Below are positions 25,896 to 36,900 of a stretch of 64,000 nucleotides of DNA, piece by piece. Position 1 is the first letter of the stretch. Every line of letters starts with the position of its first letter. A model generated the notes under the pieces. It was not told the origin of the DNA. It made no database searches and saw only the letters and a list, made by a program, of their open reading frames with translations. The position numbers were made by a program, and so were the translations under genes. Origin of the DNA: an uncultured Candidatus Entotheonella sp. (lineage in GTDB: Bacteria > Tectomicrobia > Entotheonellia > Entotheonellales > Entotheonellaceae); contig OZ244252.1 in NCBI GenBank assembly GCA_965217185.1, forward strand, positions 3,480,338 through 3,544,337. The letters are read 5' to 3'.

Positions 25896-27442
25896 AGCCG
25901 CTCCAATGTCTGTAGGTTCTCAATGTCCTGAGGTCTGCCGCGCATGTCGCGGTCGAGTTGCCGGCCGAGTTGCTGCAGCAGCGCGAGGGTTTCGTCCACG
26001 CTGGCGCGGGTGACGGGATGGCTGACAATGCAAGCGCGGAGGACACGGGCACCGTTGAGCTCGGTGCCGGAGACGAGGGCGCGGCCGTCGGCGGCAAGGG
26101 CCATTTCCAGGGCGTGGTTGAGGGTGTTGAAGTAGGCTTCGACGGACGGCGTGCCGGGGGTCAGATCGGGCGGAACGTAGCGGAAGCAGCAGATGCTCAG
26201 CACAACCGGGGTGACCACCTCAAAATCATCGGCGGCCTCGAGGCAGTCGGCGAGGTAGCGGGCCAGGGCGAGGTGGTTGGCGATCAACTCGGCGTAACGG
26301 TCGACGCCGTACTGGCGCAGGGCGAGCCAGACTTTGAGAGCGCGGTCGGTGCGGCTCAGCTCGAAGCCGTATTCGTACTGGTTGTGCTCACTGCCCATGG
26401 CGCCGCGCAGGTAGGGCGGGATGAGGCTGAAGGTGTCGCCAAGATCGCGCCATTCCCTGGTGAGGATGCAGCCGGCCTCGAAGGGGGTGTTCAGCCATTT
26501 ATGAGGGTCGAGGGTGAGCGAGTCGGCACGCTCCAACCCCTGGAACAGCGGACGCGCTTCGGGGGCAAGGCTGGCAAGGGCGCCATAGGCGCCGTCGACG
26601 TGGAACCACATGCCATGGCGCTCGGCGATATCGGCCAGATGGTTGAGGGGATCGACGGCGCCGGTGTTCACCGTGCCGGCGTTGCCGATGAGGCAAAACG
26701 GCTTGCAACCGGCGCGGATATCGGCCCGGATCGACGACTCCAACGCGTCCAGATCGATGCGGAACCCGTCGTCCACCGGGATTTTGCGCAGATGCGCGGC
26801 GCCCATGCCGAGCATCTGCGCGCTGCGGTCGATGCAGGAATGGGCTTCGCTGGAAACGTAGGCCGTCAGCGCCGGACGCTGTGCAACGCCCTCCGCCCGC
26901 ACGTCCCAGCCGGCCCGGCGCACCCGCGCGACCGCCAAAGCCACCAGGTTGGCCCACGAGCCGCCGGTGGTCACGTAGCCGGCGGCGTTGTCGGAGAAGC
27001 CCACCATGTCGCCGAGCCAGCGCACCACCGTGACCTCGATCTGGCAACTCGCCGGTTGGTTCTTCCACGTGGTCGGGCGAAGTTTGATGCTGCTGACCAG
27101 CGCCTCAATGAGCCCCGTCAGGGGCGTGGACGCGGAAAGGACGTACGCCATCATGCGCGGATGGTTGGGATTGCCCGCGGCGGGCAATAATTGATCGCCG
27201 ATGATCGTCAGCAGGTCGTCGGCGTCCATGCCGCCGCGCGGCACCGGGCCGCCAAAGACCGACTCCATCGCCTCCCGAGTCTGGGCGGGGGGGAATACCG
27301 GCCGGCGGGTGGGATGGGTCAGGTCGTCGGCAATCATATCAACGATGCGGTATCCCAACTCCCGTATCGTCTTGGCATCCATCGCCAGAGTGTCGTCCTC
27401 CGGCAGGGGTTGATTCTCCGTCTGTTGTTGCGTATTCTGCAT
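25892..27442 (-). CDS. PLP-dependent group II decarboxylase (aromatic-L-amino-acid decarboxylase-like)
   Basis: SLTLDPHKWL is the PLP-lysine motif. Also GGSWANLVAL and HVDGAYGA. Start chosen at MQNTQQQ; an alternative ATG lies at 27472. The upstream 150-aa extension of the ORF is shadow sequence. Confidence 0.8.
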   Translation of the reverse strand: MQNTQQQTENQPLPEDDTLAMDAKTIRELGYRIVDMIADDLTHPTRRPVFPPAQTREAMESVFGGPVPRGGMDADDLLTIIGDQLLPAAGNPNHPRMMAYVLSASTPLTGLIEALVSSIKLRPTTWKNQPASCQIEVTVVRWLGDMVGFSDNAAGYVTTGGSWANLVALAVARVRRAGWDVRAEGVAQRPALTAYVSSEAHSCIDRSAQMLGMGAAHLRKIPVDDGFRIDLDALESSIRADIRAGCKPFCLIGNAGTVNTGAVDPLNHLADIAERHGMWFHVDGAYGALASLAPEARPLFQGLERADSLTLDPHKWLNTPFEAGCILTREWRDLGDTFSLIPPYLRGAMGSEHNQYEYGFELSRTDRALKVWLALRQYGVDRYAELIANHLALARYLADCLEAADDFEVVTPVVLSICCFRYVPPDLTPGTPSVEAYFNTLNHALEMALAADGRALVSGTELNGARVLRACIVSHPVTRASVDETLALLQQLGRQLDRDMRGRPQDIENLQTLERL

Positions 27443-27556
27443 CGTCCAATTCTCATCTGCTTGGGAGTTCATCCTCAGACCCGTTTCAACGCCGCCAACC
27501 GCGATGACAAGCCTGTCACTTCCAACGACCATTCGCAAACAACCAAGGATTCGCCA

Positions 27557-28816
27557 ATGAGCAAAAGGCCTCGGTACTTGGCATCGGCGGCTGTGTGGCT
27601 CGTTCTCCTGAGCCTCGTTCTGACGCCCGCAACGACGCTGCCGGAAGAGCATGACCGCGCTGCCCGGCAGGCCCTGCAGCGATATCTCGCCGGCGCCGCC
27701 AAACACGGCAAAACCCAGAACGCGCAGGGTGTGTGGCTGCAATCGGCACAGTCGGTCCTGCTGCACCATCGAGGCGACGTGCCGTTGCCGGCCGCATCCC
27801 TTACCAAAGTCGCCACCACCCTGGCCGCTCTTCGCACCTGGGGGCCCCTGCACCGCTTCCCCACGCTGATCGGGGCCATCGGCACCATCAGCGAGGGCGT
27901 CTTGCACGGCGATCTCGTGGTGTACGGCGGCAGCGATCCGTTTTTCGTCTGGGAAGACGCCATCGTGCTGGGCAACACCCTGGAGCAGGCCGGCATTACG
28001 CGGGTCGACGGCAGACTGCTCGTCGTCGGCAGGTTCTACATGAATTTCGTCATGGAGCCCGCCAAGGCCGGCGGCCTGCTCAAGCGGGGGCTAAACGCCG
28101 CCGTCTGGCCCAAGAGCGCCAAGGCACAGTATCGCAATCTGCCCAAAGGCACACCCAAACCGCACGTTGCCATTTCCGGTCCCGTGAAGGTGGCGAAGGC
28201 GCCAGACGGACAGACGCGGCTCATCCGCCACCGCTCGCTGCCGCTGTTCGACATCCTTAAGCGCATGAACATCTACAGCAACAACGCCATGGCCGAAATG
28301 CTCACCATCGCCGTGGGCGGAAGCGGTAAAATGCGGCAAGTAGCCGCTCAGGCGACGGGCGTAAGCAAAAACGAACTACGCTTGAACAACGGCTCCGGGC
28401 TCGGCAAGAGCAACCAGATATCTCCCCGAGCGGTCTGCGCCCTGTTCATGGCCATTCACAACCTCCTCCAACCCGACGGCTTGAGCATTTCCGACGTCTT
28501 CCCCGTCGCCGGGCACGACGACGGCACCATCGAGCACCGCGAGCTGCCGTCGCACGCCGTCGTCAAAACGGGCACCTTGGGGAACGTCAGCACCCTGGGC
28601 GGCATCATCTTTACCCGCAAGCACGGGCCGGTGTGGTTCGCGCTGCTCAATCAGGGCAGCAACCGCTCCGCTCTGCGAGTCCATCAGGACACCCTGCTGA
28701 CAAGCCTCACGCAGTCCTGGGGCGGCCTGGACGATCCGCCTGCTCCCTTCAAGCCCTTCGACTTCGTAATGGAGTTCGAGCGCGACACCATCCTGACCCG
28801 CCAATCACGATATTGA
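27557..28816 (+). CDS. dacB: D-alanyl-D-alanine carboxypeptidase/endopeptidase (PBP4, peptidase S13)
   Basis: Signal peptide, SxxK motif in AASLTKV, SNN in YSNNAMAEML, and KTGTLGNVSTLGG (KTG motif). Confidence 0.75.
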   Translation: MSKRPRYLASAAVWLVLLSLVLTPATTLPEEHDRAARQALQRYLAGAAKHGKTQNAQGVWLQSAQSVLLHHRGDVPLPAASLTKVATTLAALRTWGPLHRFPTLIGAIGTISEGVLHGDLVVYGGSDPFFVWEDAIVLGNTLEQAGITRVDGRLLVVGRFYMNFVMEPAKAGGLLKRGLNAAVWPKSAKAQYRNLPKGTPKPHVAISGPVKVAKAPDGQTRLIRHRSLPLFDILKRMNIYSNNAMAEMLTIAVGGSGKMRQVAAQATGVSKNELRLNNGSGLGKSNQISPRAVCALFMAIHNLLQPDGLSISDVFPVAGHDDGTIEHRELPSHAVVKTGTLGNVSTLGGIIFTRKHGPVWFALLNQGSNRSALRVHQDTLLTSLTQSWGGLDDPPAPFKPFDFVMEFERDTILTRQSRY

Positions 28817-28924
28817 CTTCACGTTTCGGCCAGCCTAGGATTGAAACACCCTCCGGGAAGGACCGGTATTCAGCAGCATGAACGCCTTCCCTCCCTTTCA
28901 CGATACCCTCCTCGAAGGAATACC

Positions 28925-29779
28925 ATGCGTACACCGCGACGCGGTTTCGACGCCGTTACCCCCAGTTCTCTATCCGCATATCTGGTGGAGGTTCGTCGCA
29001 GGTCCGTACCCACCCCCGAAGAAGAAATCGCCCTGGGTCAGCGCATCAAAACCGGTAGCACCGAGGCGCTGCACGAATTGGTCGAGCGCAACCTGCGCTT
29101 CGTCGTGCAGGTGGCCAGCAAGTACCAGGGCTACGGCCTGCCCCTCTCCGACCTCATCAACGAGGGCAACCTCGGCCTGCTGCACGCCGCCGGGAAATTC
29201 GACTCGGAGCGCGGCGTGCGCTTCATCACTTATGCCGTGTGGTGGATTCGCCAATCCATCATGCACGCCATCGCTGAGGGCGGCAACGCCGTCCGCCTGC
29301 CCATCAAGCAGGCCGAGGCGCTCTCCAAGCTGCGCCAGAAATTCGATGAGATGCAACGCGCGATGGGCACCGAGCCAACGGTGGCCGAGTTGGCCAACGC
29401 CTTGGACATGAAGGAGATGGATATCCAGGACCTGCTCCGCGTGCACCGCCCTTGCCTGTCTCTGGATGCACCGATTCAAGAGGATGGCGACGTCACTCAA
29501 CTCGACTTCCTGCAGTCGAGCACTCTGCCTTCCATCGAGGAAATCTATTTTCAGGCTTCCATGGCCAAGGAAATGCAGCAACTCCTGCAGCGCCTCGAAC
29601 CGCGCGAGGCCAAAATCCTGCGCGCTCGCTTCGGCTTCGACGACTCTCCCAAGAGCCTGGCGGCCATCGGGCGGGAACTCGGCCTGTCCCGCGAGCGGGT
29701 ACGCCAGATCGAGACCCGCGCCCGCAACAAGCTGCGCGACATGGCCAAGAAAAAGGCCCTTAATCACTATCTGAATTAA
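28925..29779 (+). CDS. Sigma-70 family RNA polymerase sigma factor (short RpoD/RpoS-like, regions 2-4)
   Basis: Region 2 (LVERNLRFVVQVASKYQGYGLPLSDLINEGNLGLLHAAGKFD, FITYAVWWIRQSI). Region 4 (LAAIGRELGLSRERVRQIETRA). Confidence 0.85.
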   Translation: MRTPRRGFDAVTPSSLSAYLVEVRRRSVPTPEEEIALGQRIKTGSTEALHELVERNLRFVVQVASKYQGYGLPLSDLINEGNLGLLHAAGKFDSERGVRFITYAVWWIRQSIMHAIAEGGNAVRLPIKQAEALSKLRQKFDEMQRAMGTEPTVAELANALDMKEMDIQDLLRVHRPCLSLDAPIQEDGDVTQLDFLQSSTLPSIEEIYFQASMAKEMQQLLQRLEPREAKILRARFGFDDSPKSLAAIGRELGLSRERVRQIETRARNKLRDMAKKKALNHYLN

Positions 29780-29790
29780 ACCCGGCCCCC

Positions 29791-30540
29791 TTACTGCGCC
29801 GTATATCCCCCATCGATGACCAACTCCGCTCCCGTCACGTAGGCAGCCTCATCGGACGCCAGATACAAAACCCCGTAAGCAATATCCTCCGACGTGCCCA
29901 GGCGGCCCAGGGGCATGTCGCGCAAGCGTCGTTCCAGCATTTCCGGATCGGAATACGTGCTCTCGGTCATGGGGGTGCGCACCGGCCCCGGATGGATGGA
30001 ATTGCAGCGAATGTTGTCATCGGCATGATGCACGGCCGTCACCTTCGTAAACACCCGCACGGCGCCCTTGGAGGCATTGTAGGCCGGTCCGCCGAGAGCC
30101 ACCATGCCGGAAATCGACGAAATGTTGACGATCGAGCCGCCGCCGGCCTTGCGCATTGCCGGAATGGCGTACTTGGTGCCCAGAAACACGCCGGTGGCGT
30201 TCACCGCCAGAATCGTGTCCCATAGCTCCTTGGTCGTCTCCTCGATGCTGTCGCGCCGCAGAATACCGGCGTTGTTCACCAGAATGTCCAGCTTGCCGTA
30301 CGTCGACACCGCCGTGGCCACCGCCTGCTGCCAATCCGCCTCCTGGGTCACGTCGAGGTGAACGTAGGTGGCCGCGCCGCCGACTTGGCGAATAGCCGCC
30401 TCGACCTGCTTGCCCTCCTCGTCCAGGATGTCGCCGAACACCACCTTGGCGCCTTCCTGCACGAAGAGTTTTGCCTCCACCTCGCCCTGACCGCGCGCGC
30501 CGCCGCTGATGATCGCTACTTTTCCGTCCAGCCTGCCCAT
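29791..30540 (-). CDS. Short-chain dehydrogenase/reductase (SDR)
   Basis: GKVAIISGGARGQG (TGxxxGxG-type), NNAG, and YNASKGAV (YxxxK). RBS AAGGAGG precedes the ATG at 30540. Confidence 0.85.
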   Translation of the reverse strand: MGRLDGKVAIISGGARGQGEVEAKLFVQEGAKVVFGDILDEEGKQVEAAIRQVGGAATYVHLDVTQEADWQQAVATAVSTYGKLDILVNNAGILRRDSIEETTKELWDTILAVNATGVFLGTKYAIPAMRKAGGGSIVNISSISGMVALGGPAYNASKGAVRVFTKVTAVHHADDNIRCNSIHPGPVRTPMTESTYSDPEMLERRLRDMPLGRLGTSEDIAYGVLYLASDEAAYVTGAELVIDGGYTAQ

Positions 30541-30760
30541 GCTTCCTCCTTGATGTTTCAATCCCCACCGGCCCGGGAAGACCGATGCTGTTGCTGCCGC
30601 CGCTGCGGCGCGCCTTATATACACCAAAGCCCCTAGCGACACCAGAAAGCCGCGGCACCCGGACGATTTGACGCCCTACCGCTATCTCCCTACACTACGC
30701 GCCCTGCATTCTGGGCAATACGTTCGGACAACACGGCCTGTTGGCAAGGAGGAAGGCGCG

Positions 30761-31534
30761 ATGCGATTGGCGGGGAAGGTGGCCCTGATCACCGGGGCAG
30801 CGGCTGGCGTGGAAGGCGAAGTGATGGGATTCGGCGGCGCCGCGGCGCGTCTGTTTGCGCAGCACGGCGCCAAGGTCGTCCTCACCGATATCCTGGAGGA
30901 CAAGGGGCAGCGGACCGCGGAGCAGATTCAGGCGGACGGCGGTGATGTCATGTTCGTGCGGCTGGACGTCACCAGCGAGGAAGACTGGCAGGAGGCCGTG
31001 CAAACCGCGGTATCGCGCTTCGGCGGCCTGCACGTCATGGTCAACAACGCCGGCACCGCGGCGCGCAAGCGGATAGAAGAAACCACCGTGGACATCTGGG
31101 ACGGCCAGATGGACGTGCACGCCAAGGGCGTCTTCCTGGGCACCAAATTCGCCATCCCGGAGATGCGCAAGGCCGGCGGCGGCTCGATCATCAACATATC
31201 GTCCATCTACGGCATCGTCGGCAGCCCGTATTCCACCGCCTACCACGCCGCCAAGGGCGCCATCCGCACGTTCACCAAAACGGCCGCCATCCAGTGCGCG
31301 GCGGACAACATCCGGGTCAACTCGATTCACCCCGGCTTCTGCCACACGCCGCTCACCGACGACGGCTACAACAACGAAGTCGGACGGTACCAGTGGTGCC
31401 TGGACCGCACCCCGATCGGCCGCCTGGGCAATGCCGACGACGTCGCCTACGGCATGCTGTACCTGGCCTCGGACGAGTCGCGCTACGTCACCGGCACCGA
31501 GCTGGTCATCGACGGCGGCATGACCGCGCAGTAG
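30761..31534 (+). CDS. Short-chain dehydrogenase/reductase (SDR)
   Basis: GKVALITGAAAG, NNAG and YHAAKGAI motifs. Divergently placed paralogue of the previous gene. Confidence 0.85.
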   Translation: MRLAGKVALITGAAAGVEGEVMGFGGAAARLFAQHGAKVVLTDILEDKGQRTAEQIQADGGDVMFVRLDVTSEEDWQEAVQTAVSRFGGLHVMVNNAGTAARKRIEETTVDIWDGQMDVHAKGVFLGTKFAIPEMRKAGGGSIINISSIYGIVGSPYSTAYHAAKGAIRTFTKTAAIQCAADNIRVNSIHPGFCHTPLTDDGYNNEVGRYQWCLDRTPIGRLGNADDVAYGMLYLASDESRYVTGTELVIDGGMTAQ

Positions 31535-31538
31535 GTAG

Positions 31539-31559
31539 AGTGGCCAGTGGTTAGTGGCT
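31539..31559. repeat. Three tandem heptamers GTGGCCA GTGGTTA GTGGCTA
   Basis: Read directly. Same unit type as the arrays flanking the four-helix-bundle cassette at 43.4-43.9 kb. Confidence 0.7.
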
Positions 31560-31585
31560 AGCAAAAACAAAAGAGGGATAAAAGC

Positions 31586-32509
31586 ATGAAGGCGGTTCTG
31601 TTAACGGGACACGGTGGACCGGAAATGCTGCACTACGGCGAGGCGCCGGACCCGACGGCCGGATTCGGCGAGGTGGTGGTGGACGTGCGCGCCGCCAGCG
31701 TCAACGCGGCGGACTACAAGGTGCGGCTCGGCGGCGGGTACGCAATCTCCAGCTTCCCGTACATCCTGGGCCGCGACTTTTCGGGCGTGGTCAGCGTCGC
31801 CGGGCCGGGCGTCAGCGACCTCGCCGTCGGCGACGCCGTGTTTGGCGTGCTTGACCAAGGCGTGGAGGGCGCCTACGCCGAAAAGCTCACCGTCAAGGCC
31901 GCCATCATCGCCAAGAAGTCCGATAGCCTCGGTCACGCCGAAGCCGCGGCCATGGCGCTGACCAGCCTCACGGCACTGTGGGCGCTCGAAGACGAGGCGA
32001 AGCTCGCCGGCGGCGAGACCATTCTCATCCAGGGCGGCGCCGGCGGCGTGGCGGGGTTCGCCATCCAGTTCGCCAAACACCTCGGCGCCACGGTCATCAC
32101 CACCGCCAGCCCCGACAACCACGACTACGTCCGCAGCCTCGGCGCCGACCGCGTCATCGACTACCACAGCGAGGACTTCACCCGTACGGTTTCCGACTGC
32201 GACGTGGTGTTCGACACCGTCGGCGGCGAGGTCCAGGTGCGCTCCTACGAGGTTCTCAAGCCCGGCGGCCGCCTCGTCTGGATCGCCCCGGCGCCGGAGG
32301 GCTACCAACCGACCCGCACCGACGTCCACACCCTGCGCCCCAACGTCCGCCGCGACCGCCCCCACCTGGAACGTATGCTCAACCTGCTCGCCGCCGGCGC
32401 CGTCTGGCCGCCCGACGTCACCCGCTACCCCCTCTCCGAAGCCCCCGCCGCCCACCGCGTCAGCGAAGCCCGCCACCTGCGCGGCAAGCTGGTGTTCGAG
32501 GTGCGGTGA
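31586..32509 (+). CDS. Zinc-independent medium-chain dehydrogenase, NADPH:quinone reductase-like
   Basis: MKAVLLTGHGGPEMLHYGE..., GETILIQGGAGGVAGFAIQFAKHLGA (Rossmann motif), 307 aa. Confidence 0.8.
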   Translation: MKAVLLTGHGGPEMLHYGEAPDPTAGFGEVVVDVRAASVNAADYKVRLGGGYAISSFPYILGRDFSGVVSVAGPGVSDLAVGDAVFGVLDQGVEGAYAEKLTVKAAIIAKKSDSLGHAEAAAMALTSLTALWALEDEAKLAGGETILIQGGAGGVAGFAIQFAKHLGATVITTASPDNHDYVRSLGADRVIDYHSEDFTRTVSDCDVVFDTVGGEVQVRSYEVLKPGGRLVWIAPAPEGYQPTRTDVHTLRPNVRRDRPHLERMLNLLAAGAVWPPDVTRYPLSEAPAAHRVSEARHLRGKLVFEVR

Positions 32510-32589
32510 CATGCAGTATTGACACGAACGGCCCATTTTTAAATCAGTGGCTTCTTATCGAGGTTGTCTTTTATTAGAAAAAAGTGATA

Positions 32590-32964
32590 ATGGCCGCTTG
32601 GAACTTTCGGGAGTATCAGAGCGCGGAGGGGAAGCTGCCGGTATCTGAATGGCACGGAGAGCTATCCCAAAAGAACCGAGCACGAGCAGACAGATTCATA
32701 CGTATCGCCCGGAATCTCGATCGCCTTGAGATGCCGCACTTTCGGAAATTTCAACAACTGCTTGAAGCGCGGTGGTTTGGCGAAAACAAAGTCCCGCATC
32801 GGGTGTTCTGTTATGTCGCCTCCAGCGGCAGGCGTGTGATTTTCCTATGCGGCTGCACCCATAAGGACAACCGGTACAATCCGACAAACGCATACGATAC
32901 GGCTGTAGAACGTCGCAACGAAATAGAAGGGGGGAGGGCGAATACACATGCGTTCGATTTCTAA
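32590..32964 (+). CDS. RelE/ParE-superfamily toxin, phage Gp49-like
   Basis: About 125 aa with EGKLPVSEWHGELSQKNRARADRFIRIA...LEARWFGENKVPHRVFCYV...VIFLCGCTHKD. An overlapping HTH gene follows. Confidence 0.6.
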   Translation: MAAWNFREYQSAEGKLPVSEWHGELSQKNRARADRFIRIARNLDRLEMPHFRKFQQLLEARWFGENKVPHRVFCYVASSGRRVIFLCGCTHKDNRYNPTNAYDTAVERRNEIEGGRANTHAFDF

Positions 32965-33625
32965 GCTTTGGCAGAAACTGCGGAACAAAGCGTACCGAGA
33001 TGGCTACATGGAAGCACAACTTTCCATTGAGGTACCATTCCAGATCCGGGCGCTTCGAAAAGCACGAGGCTGGACCCAAGCACAACTCTCTGAGCGCTGC
33101 GGCATCCCACAGGCACGCATATCATACGTTGAACAACCAGGCCGCGACCCGCTCTCATTGCGGACGCTGTACCGGTTAGCGTCGGCCTTTGACGTCGGGC
33201 TGCTGGTACAGTTTGTCTCCTTCAGTGAGCTGGTGCGCCGTGAAGCTGAATTTAATCCTGAGACTTTCTGTGCCATCAGCTTTAAGGATGACCACTTAGG
33301 AGAAATCGTTCACACATCAGGGCCCATTGGAAAGACCTTTCGCGTTTTCAGTTCCGGGGAAGGCCACATGGAAAAGGCTACGTCTGTCCCTGAACCAGTA
33401 GCGGCACCCTCGTTTCTCAAATCCAAGCATCCAAGCAGAGTAATTGTCTGGCAAACACAGATACAGACCGAAGAGAAAAGACAGACCCGGATCTTCTACA
33501 GTGTCGGGGGGTCGACTCAGCCCACCCGTCCAAGCCTGCGGGACAAATTCTTTCTGACCTCAACAACTCTTTCTGGAGATGAAACGTTATGGCTACAAGA
33601 CGAGCCACACAAGACAATTCTGTAA
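32948..33625 (+). CDS. XRE-family HTH antitoxin with a long C-terminal extension
   Basis: IRALRKARGWTQAQLSERCGIPQARISYVEQ is an XRE HTH. It overlaps the toxin stop by 17 nt. I recognise no family for the 120-aa C-terminal tail. Confidence 0.65.
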   Translation: MRSISKLWQKLRNKAYRDGYMEAQLSIEVPFQIRALRKARGWTQAQLSERCGIPQARISYVEQPGRDPLSLRTLYRLASAFDVGLLVQFVSFSELVRREAEFNPETFCAISFKDDHLGEIVHTSGPIGKTFRVFSSGEGHMEKATSVPEPVAAPSFLKSKHPSRVIVWQTQIQTEEKRQTRIFYSVGGSTQPTRPSLRDKFFLTSTTLSGDETLWLQDEPHKTIL

Positions 33626-33888
33626 ATGTGGGAGAGCTTCCACAGCGCCAGGCAACAGAATATATTTCGACCTATTCGAATCATGTGGAAATAGGGTTGT
33701 CGCCTTGGGACTTCCGGTTTTTGTTTTTCGAAATCGCAGAAGATGAGACCGGAAATCCCATACGCGAAAAGAAAGCCCGCGTGGTCATGTCCCATCAGCA
33801 AGCGGAAGCCTTTTCTCGAGCATTAAACATTGCTGTTGAACGGTGGAAAAAGGAGATTTCCAGTAAGTTGCCGAACCTACCTGAATGA
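33589..33888 (+). CDS. DUF3467-like small protein
   Basis: YSNHVEIGLSPWDFRFLFFEI plus SHQQAEAFSRAL matches my recollection of the DUF3467 pattern. Confidence 0.5.
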   Translation: MATRRATQDNSVNVGELPQRQATEYISTYSNHVEIGLSPWDFRFLFFEIAEDETGNPIREKKARVVMSHQQAEAFSRALNIAVERWKKEISSKLPNLPE

Positions 33889-33983
33889 CACGATCTGGCT
33901 GCTTGACGCTGACCAAAGGCAGTCCAAAAACGGAGGGCCGACACACCAAAAGCCGCCGCGGTAGGCGATAGATTGGCAATGAG

Positions 33984-36900
33984 ATGGACGACCGGTTCTT
34001 CAAGTTCCCGATCCTCAACTCCCCCTACGAATACCCGTCGCGCCACTGGGAGCTCGACGAAAGCGGCCAGCCGACGAACCGCGTCCTCAACACTCGCCGC
34101 CGCGTCTCGTTCATCAGCCCCATCCCCAAGCCGAAGAAACGACGAGGCGCTGCTGCGGAGCAGGCGAGCCTGGTGTTCGACGAAGCGTCCCGGAAGCTCG
34201 CTGACGGCGGCCAGCAGTACGACCTTACGGCCATCATCAATGAGGTGCGCCGGCAGGTCGATGTCTGGCGCAACCTTCCGAGCCCCGACCAGTGGCGAGT
34301 GACCCCGGAAACCGCCCGCCTGCTGCGGCACTGGCGGCACCACCGCTTCAGCGACATCCGCCCCTTCTTCTGCCAGATCGAGGCGGTCGAGACCGCCATC
34401 TGGCTCACCGAGGTGGCGTCGCATGCCGGCCGCGCCGGCAGGGATTTCCTCGACAATCTGGCCAGCGCCAACCGCGACGCCAATCCGGACCTGCCGCGGC
34501 TGGCCCTCAAGCTGGCCACCGGTACCGGCAAAACCACCGTCATGGCGATGCTGATCGCTTGGCAAACCGTCAACGCGGTGCGCCGGCCGCAGAGTTCCCG
34601 GTTCACCCGCAGCTTCCTGGTGGTGACCCCGGGCATCACCATCAAAGACCGTCTGCGGGTGCTGCAGCCCAACGACCCGGACAGCTATTACCGCGGCCGG
34701 GAACTGGTCCCCACTGACATGCTCGCCGACCTGGACAAGGCCAGGATCGTCATCACCAACTATCACGCCTTCAAGCTGCGCGATCGCCTGGAGTTGTCCA
34801 AGGGCGGCCGCGCCCTGCTGCAGGGCCGCGGCGAGCCGCTAGCCGCCCAGGAAACCGAGGGCCAGATGCTGCAGCGGGTGATGCCGGAACTGATGGGCGC
34901 CAAGGGCATCCTGGTGCTCAACGACGAGGCGCATCACTGCTACCGCGAGAAGCCGGGCGAGGACGACGAGGGCGACCTGAAAGGCGACGACCGCAAGGAA
35001 GCCGAAAGGAACCGCGAGGCGGCGCGGCTATGGATATCCGGGCTGGAAACGGTGCAGCGAAAGCTCGGCCTCAACCGCGTCTTCGACCTCTCGGCAACGC
35101 CGTTCTTCCTGCGCGGCTCCGGCTACGCCGAGGGCACGCTGTTCCCGTGGACGATGAGCGATTTCTCCCTCATGGACGCCATCGAGTGCGGCATCGTCAA
35201 GCTGCCGCGCGTGCCGGTGGCCGACAACATCCCCGGCAGCGACATGCCGAAATTCCGCAATCTCTGGGAGCACATCGGCAGGCGGATGCCCAGGAAGGGA
35301 CGCGGCAAGGCCACCGGCCTCGACCCGCTCAGCCTGCCGGTCGAACTGCAAACCGCCCTGCAAGCTCTCTACGGCCACTACGAAAAGCAATTCGAGTTGT
35401 GGCAGGAGGCGGGCATCGAGGTGCCACCCTGCTTCATCATCGTCTGCAACAACACCTCCACCTCGAAGCTGGTGTACGACTACATTTCGGGCTTCCTGCA
35501 CGACAGTCCCGACGGTTCCAAGACGCTGGTGCCGGGCCGCCTAGCGCTGTTCCGCAACTACCACGAGGACGGCACGCCGATCGGCCGCCCGCGCACGCTG
35601 CTCATCGACAGCGAGCAGCTCGAATCCGGGGAGGGGCTGGACAAGAATTTCCGGGACCTCGCCACCAACGAGATCGAGCGCTTCCGCCGCGAGATCGTCG
35701 CTCGCACGGGCGACCGCCGGCAGGCCGAAAACCTCTCCGACCACGACCTGTTGCGCGAGGTCATGAACACCGTGGGCAAGGCCGGTCGGCTTGGCGGCTC
35801 GATCCGCTGCGTCGTCTCCGTCTCCATGCTGACGGAGGGCTGGGACACCAATACCGTCACGCACGTTCTCGGCGTTCGCGCCTTCGGCACCCAGCTGCTG
35901 TGCGAGCAGGTGGTTGGCCGCGCCCTGCGCCGCCAGTCCTATGACCTGAACGAAAAAGGCCGCTTCGACGTGGAATACGCCGACGTTCTCGGCGTCCCCT
36001 TCGACTTCACGGCGAAACCGGTGGTCGCCCCACCGCAACCGCCGCGCGCGACCGTTCAGGTCATGGCCGTCACCCCGGACCGCGACGCCTGTGAGATTCG
36101 CTTCCCGCGCGTCGCCGGCTACCGCGTCGAGCTGCCGGACGAGCGCCTCAGCGCCGCGTTCAACGACGACTCGACCTTCGTCCTCACGCCCGACCTGATC
36201 GGCGCCTCGGTCACCCGCAACGAGGGGATCATCGGCGAGGGAATCGACCTCAACCTGGTGCATACCGACACCCTGCGGCGCTCGACCTTGCTTTACAACC
36301 TGACCCAGCGGCTGCTGGTGACCAAGTGGCGCGATCCGAACGAGGAACCCAAGCTGCACCTCTTCGGCCAGCTCAAGCGCATCACCGCCCAATGGCTGGA
36401 CAACCACCTCGTCTGCAAGGGCGGCACCTACCCGGCGCAACTTATGTACCAGGAACTGGCCGACACGGCCTGCGAGCGCATCACCAACGCCATCACGCGA
36501 GCGGCAATGGACAGCCGCCCGGTCAAGGCGGTGCTCGATCCCTACAACCCCGCCGGCTCCACGCGGCACGTTCACTTCACCACCTCCAAGACCCTCCGCC
36601 GCCAAACGGACGCGCGCCGTTGCCACGTCAATTGGGTCATCCTCGACAGCGATTGGGAAGCGGAGTTCTGCCGCGTCGCCGAATCCCATCCGCGCGTCCG
36701 TGCCTACGTCAAGAACCAGGGCCTCGGCCTGGAGGTGCCGTACCGCAGCGGCTCCACCACCCGAACCTATATCCCCGACTTCATCGTGCTCCTGGACGAC
36801 GGCCGCGACGACCCGTTGCATCTCATCGTCGAGATCAAGGGCTACCGGGGAGAGGACGCCAAGGCGAAGAAGGAGACGATGGAGACCTATTGGGTTCCGG

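Noticed and set aside
27443-27907. N-terminal extensions of the decarboxylase ORF (to 27907) and of the PBP4 ORF (from 27191), which would overlap each other head to head.
   Set aside because: Both extensions lack family similarity. Internal starts preceded by plausible RBS sequences give proteins of normal length and a divergent promoter spacer.
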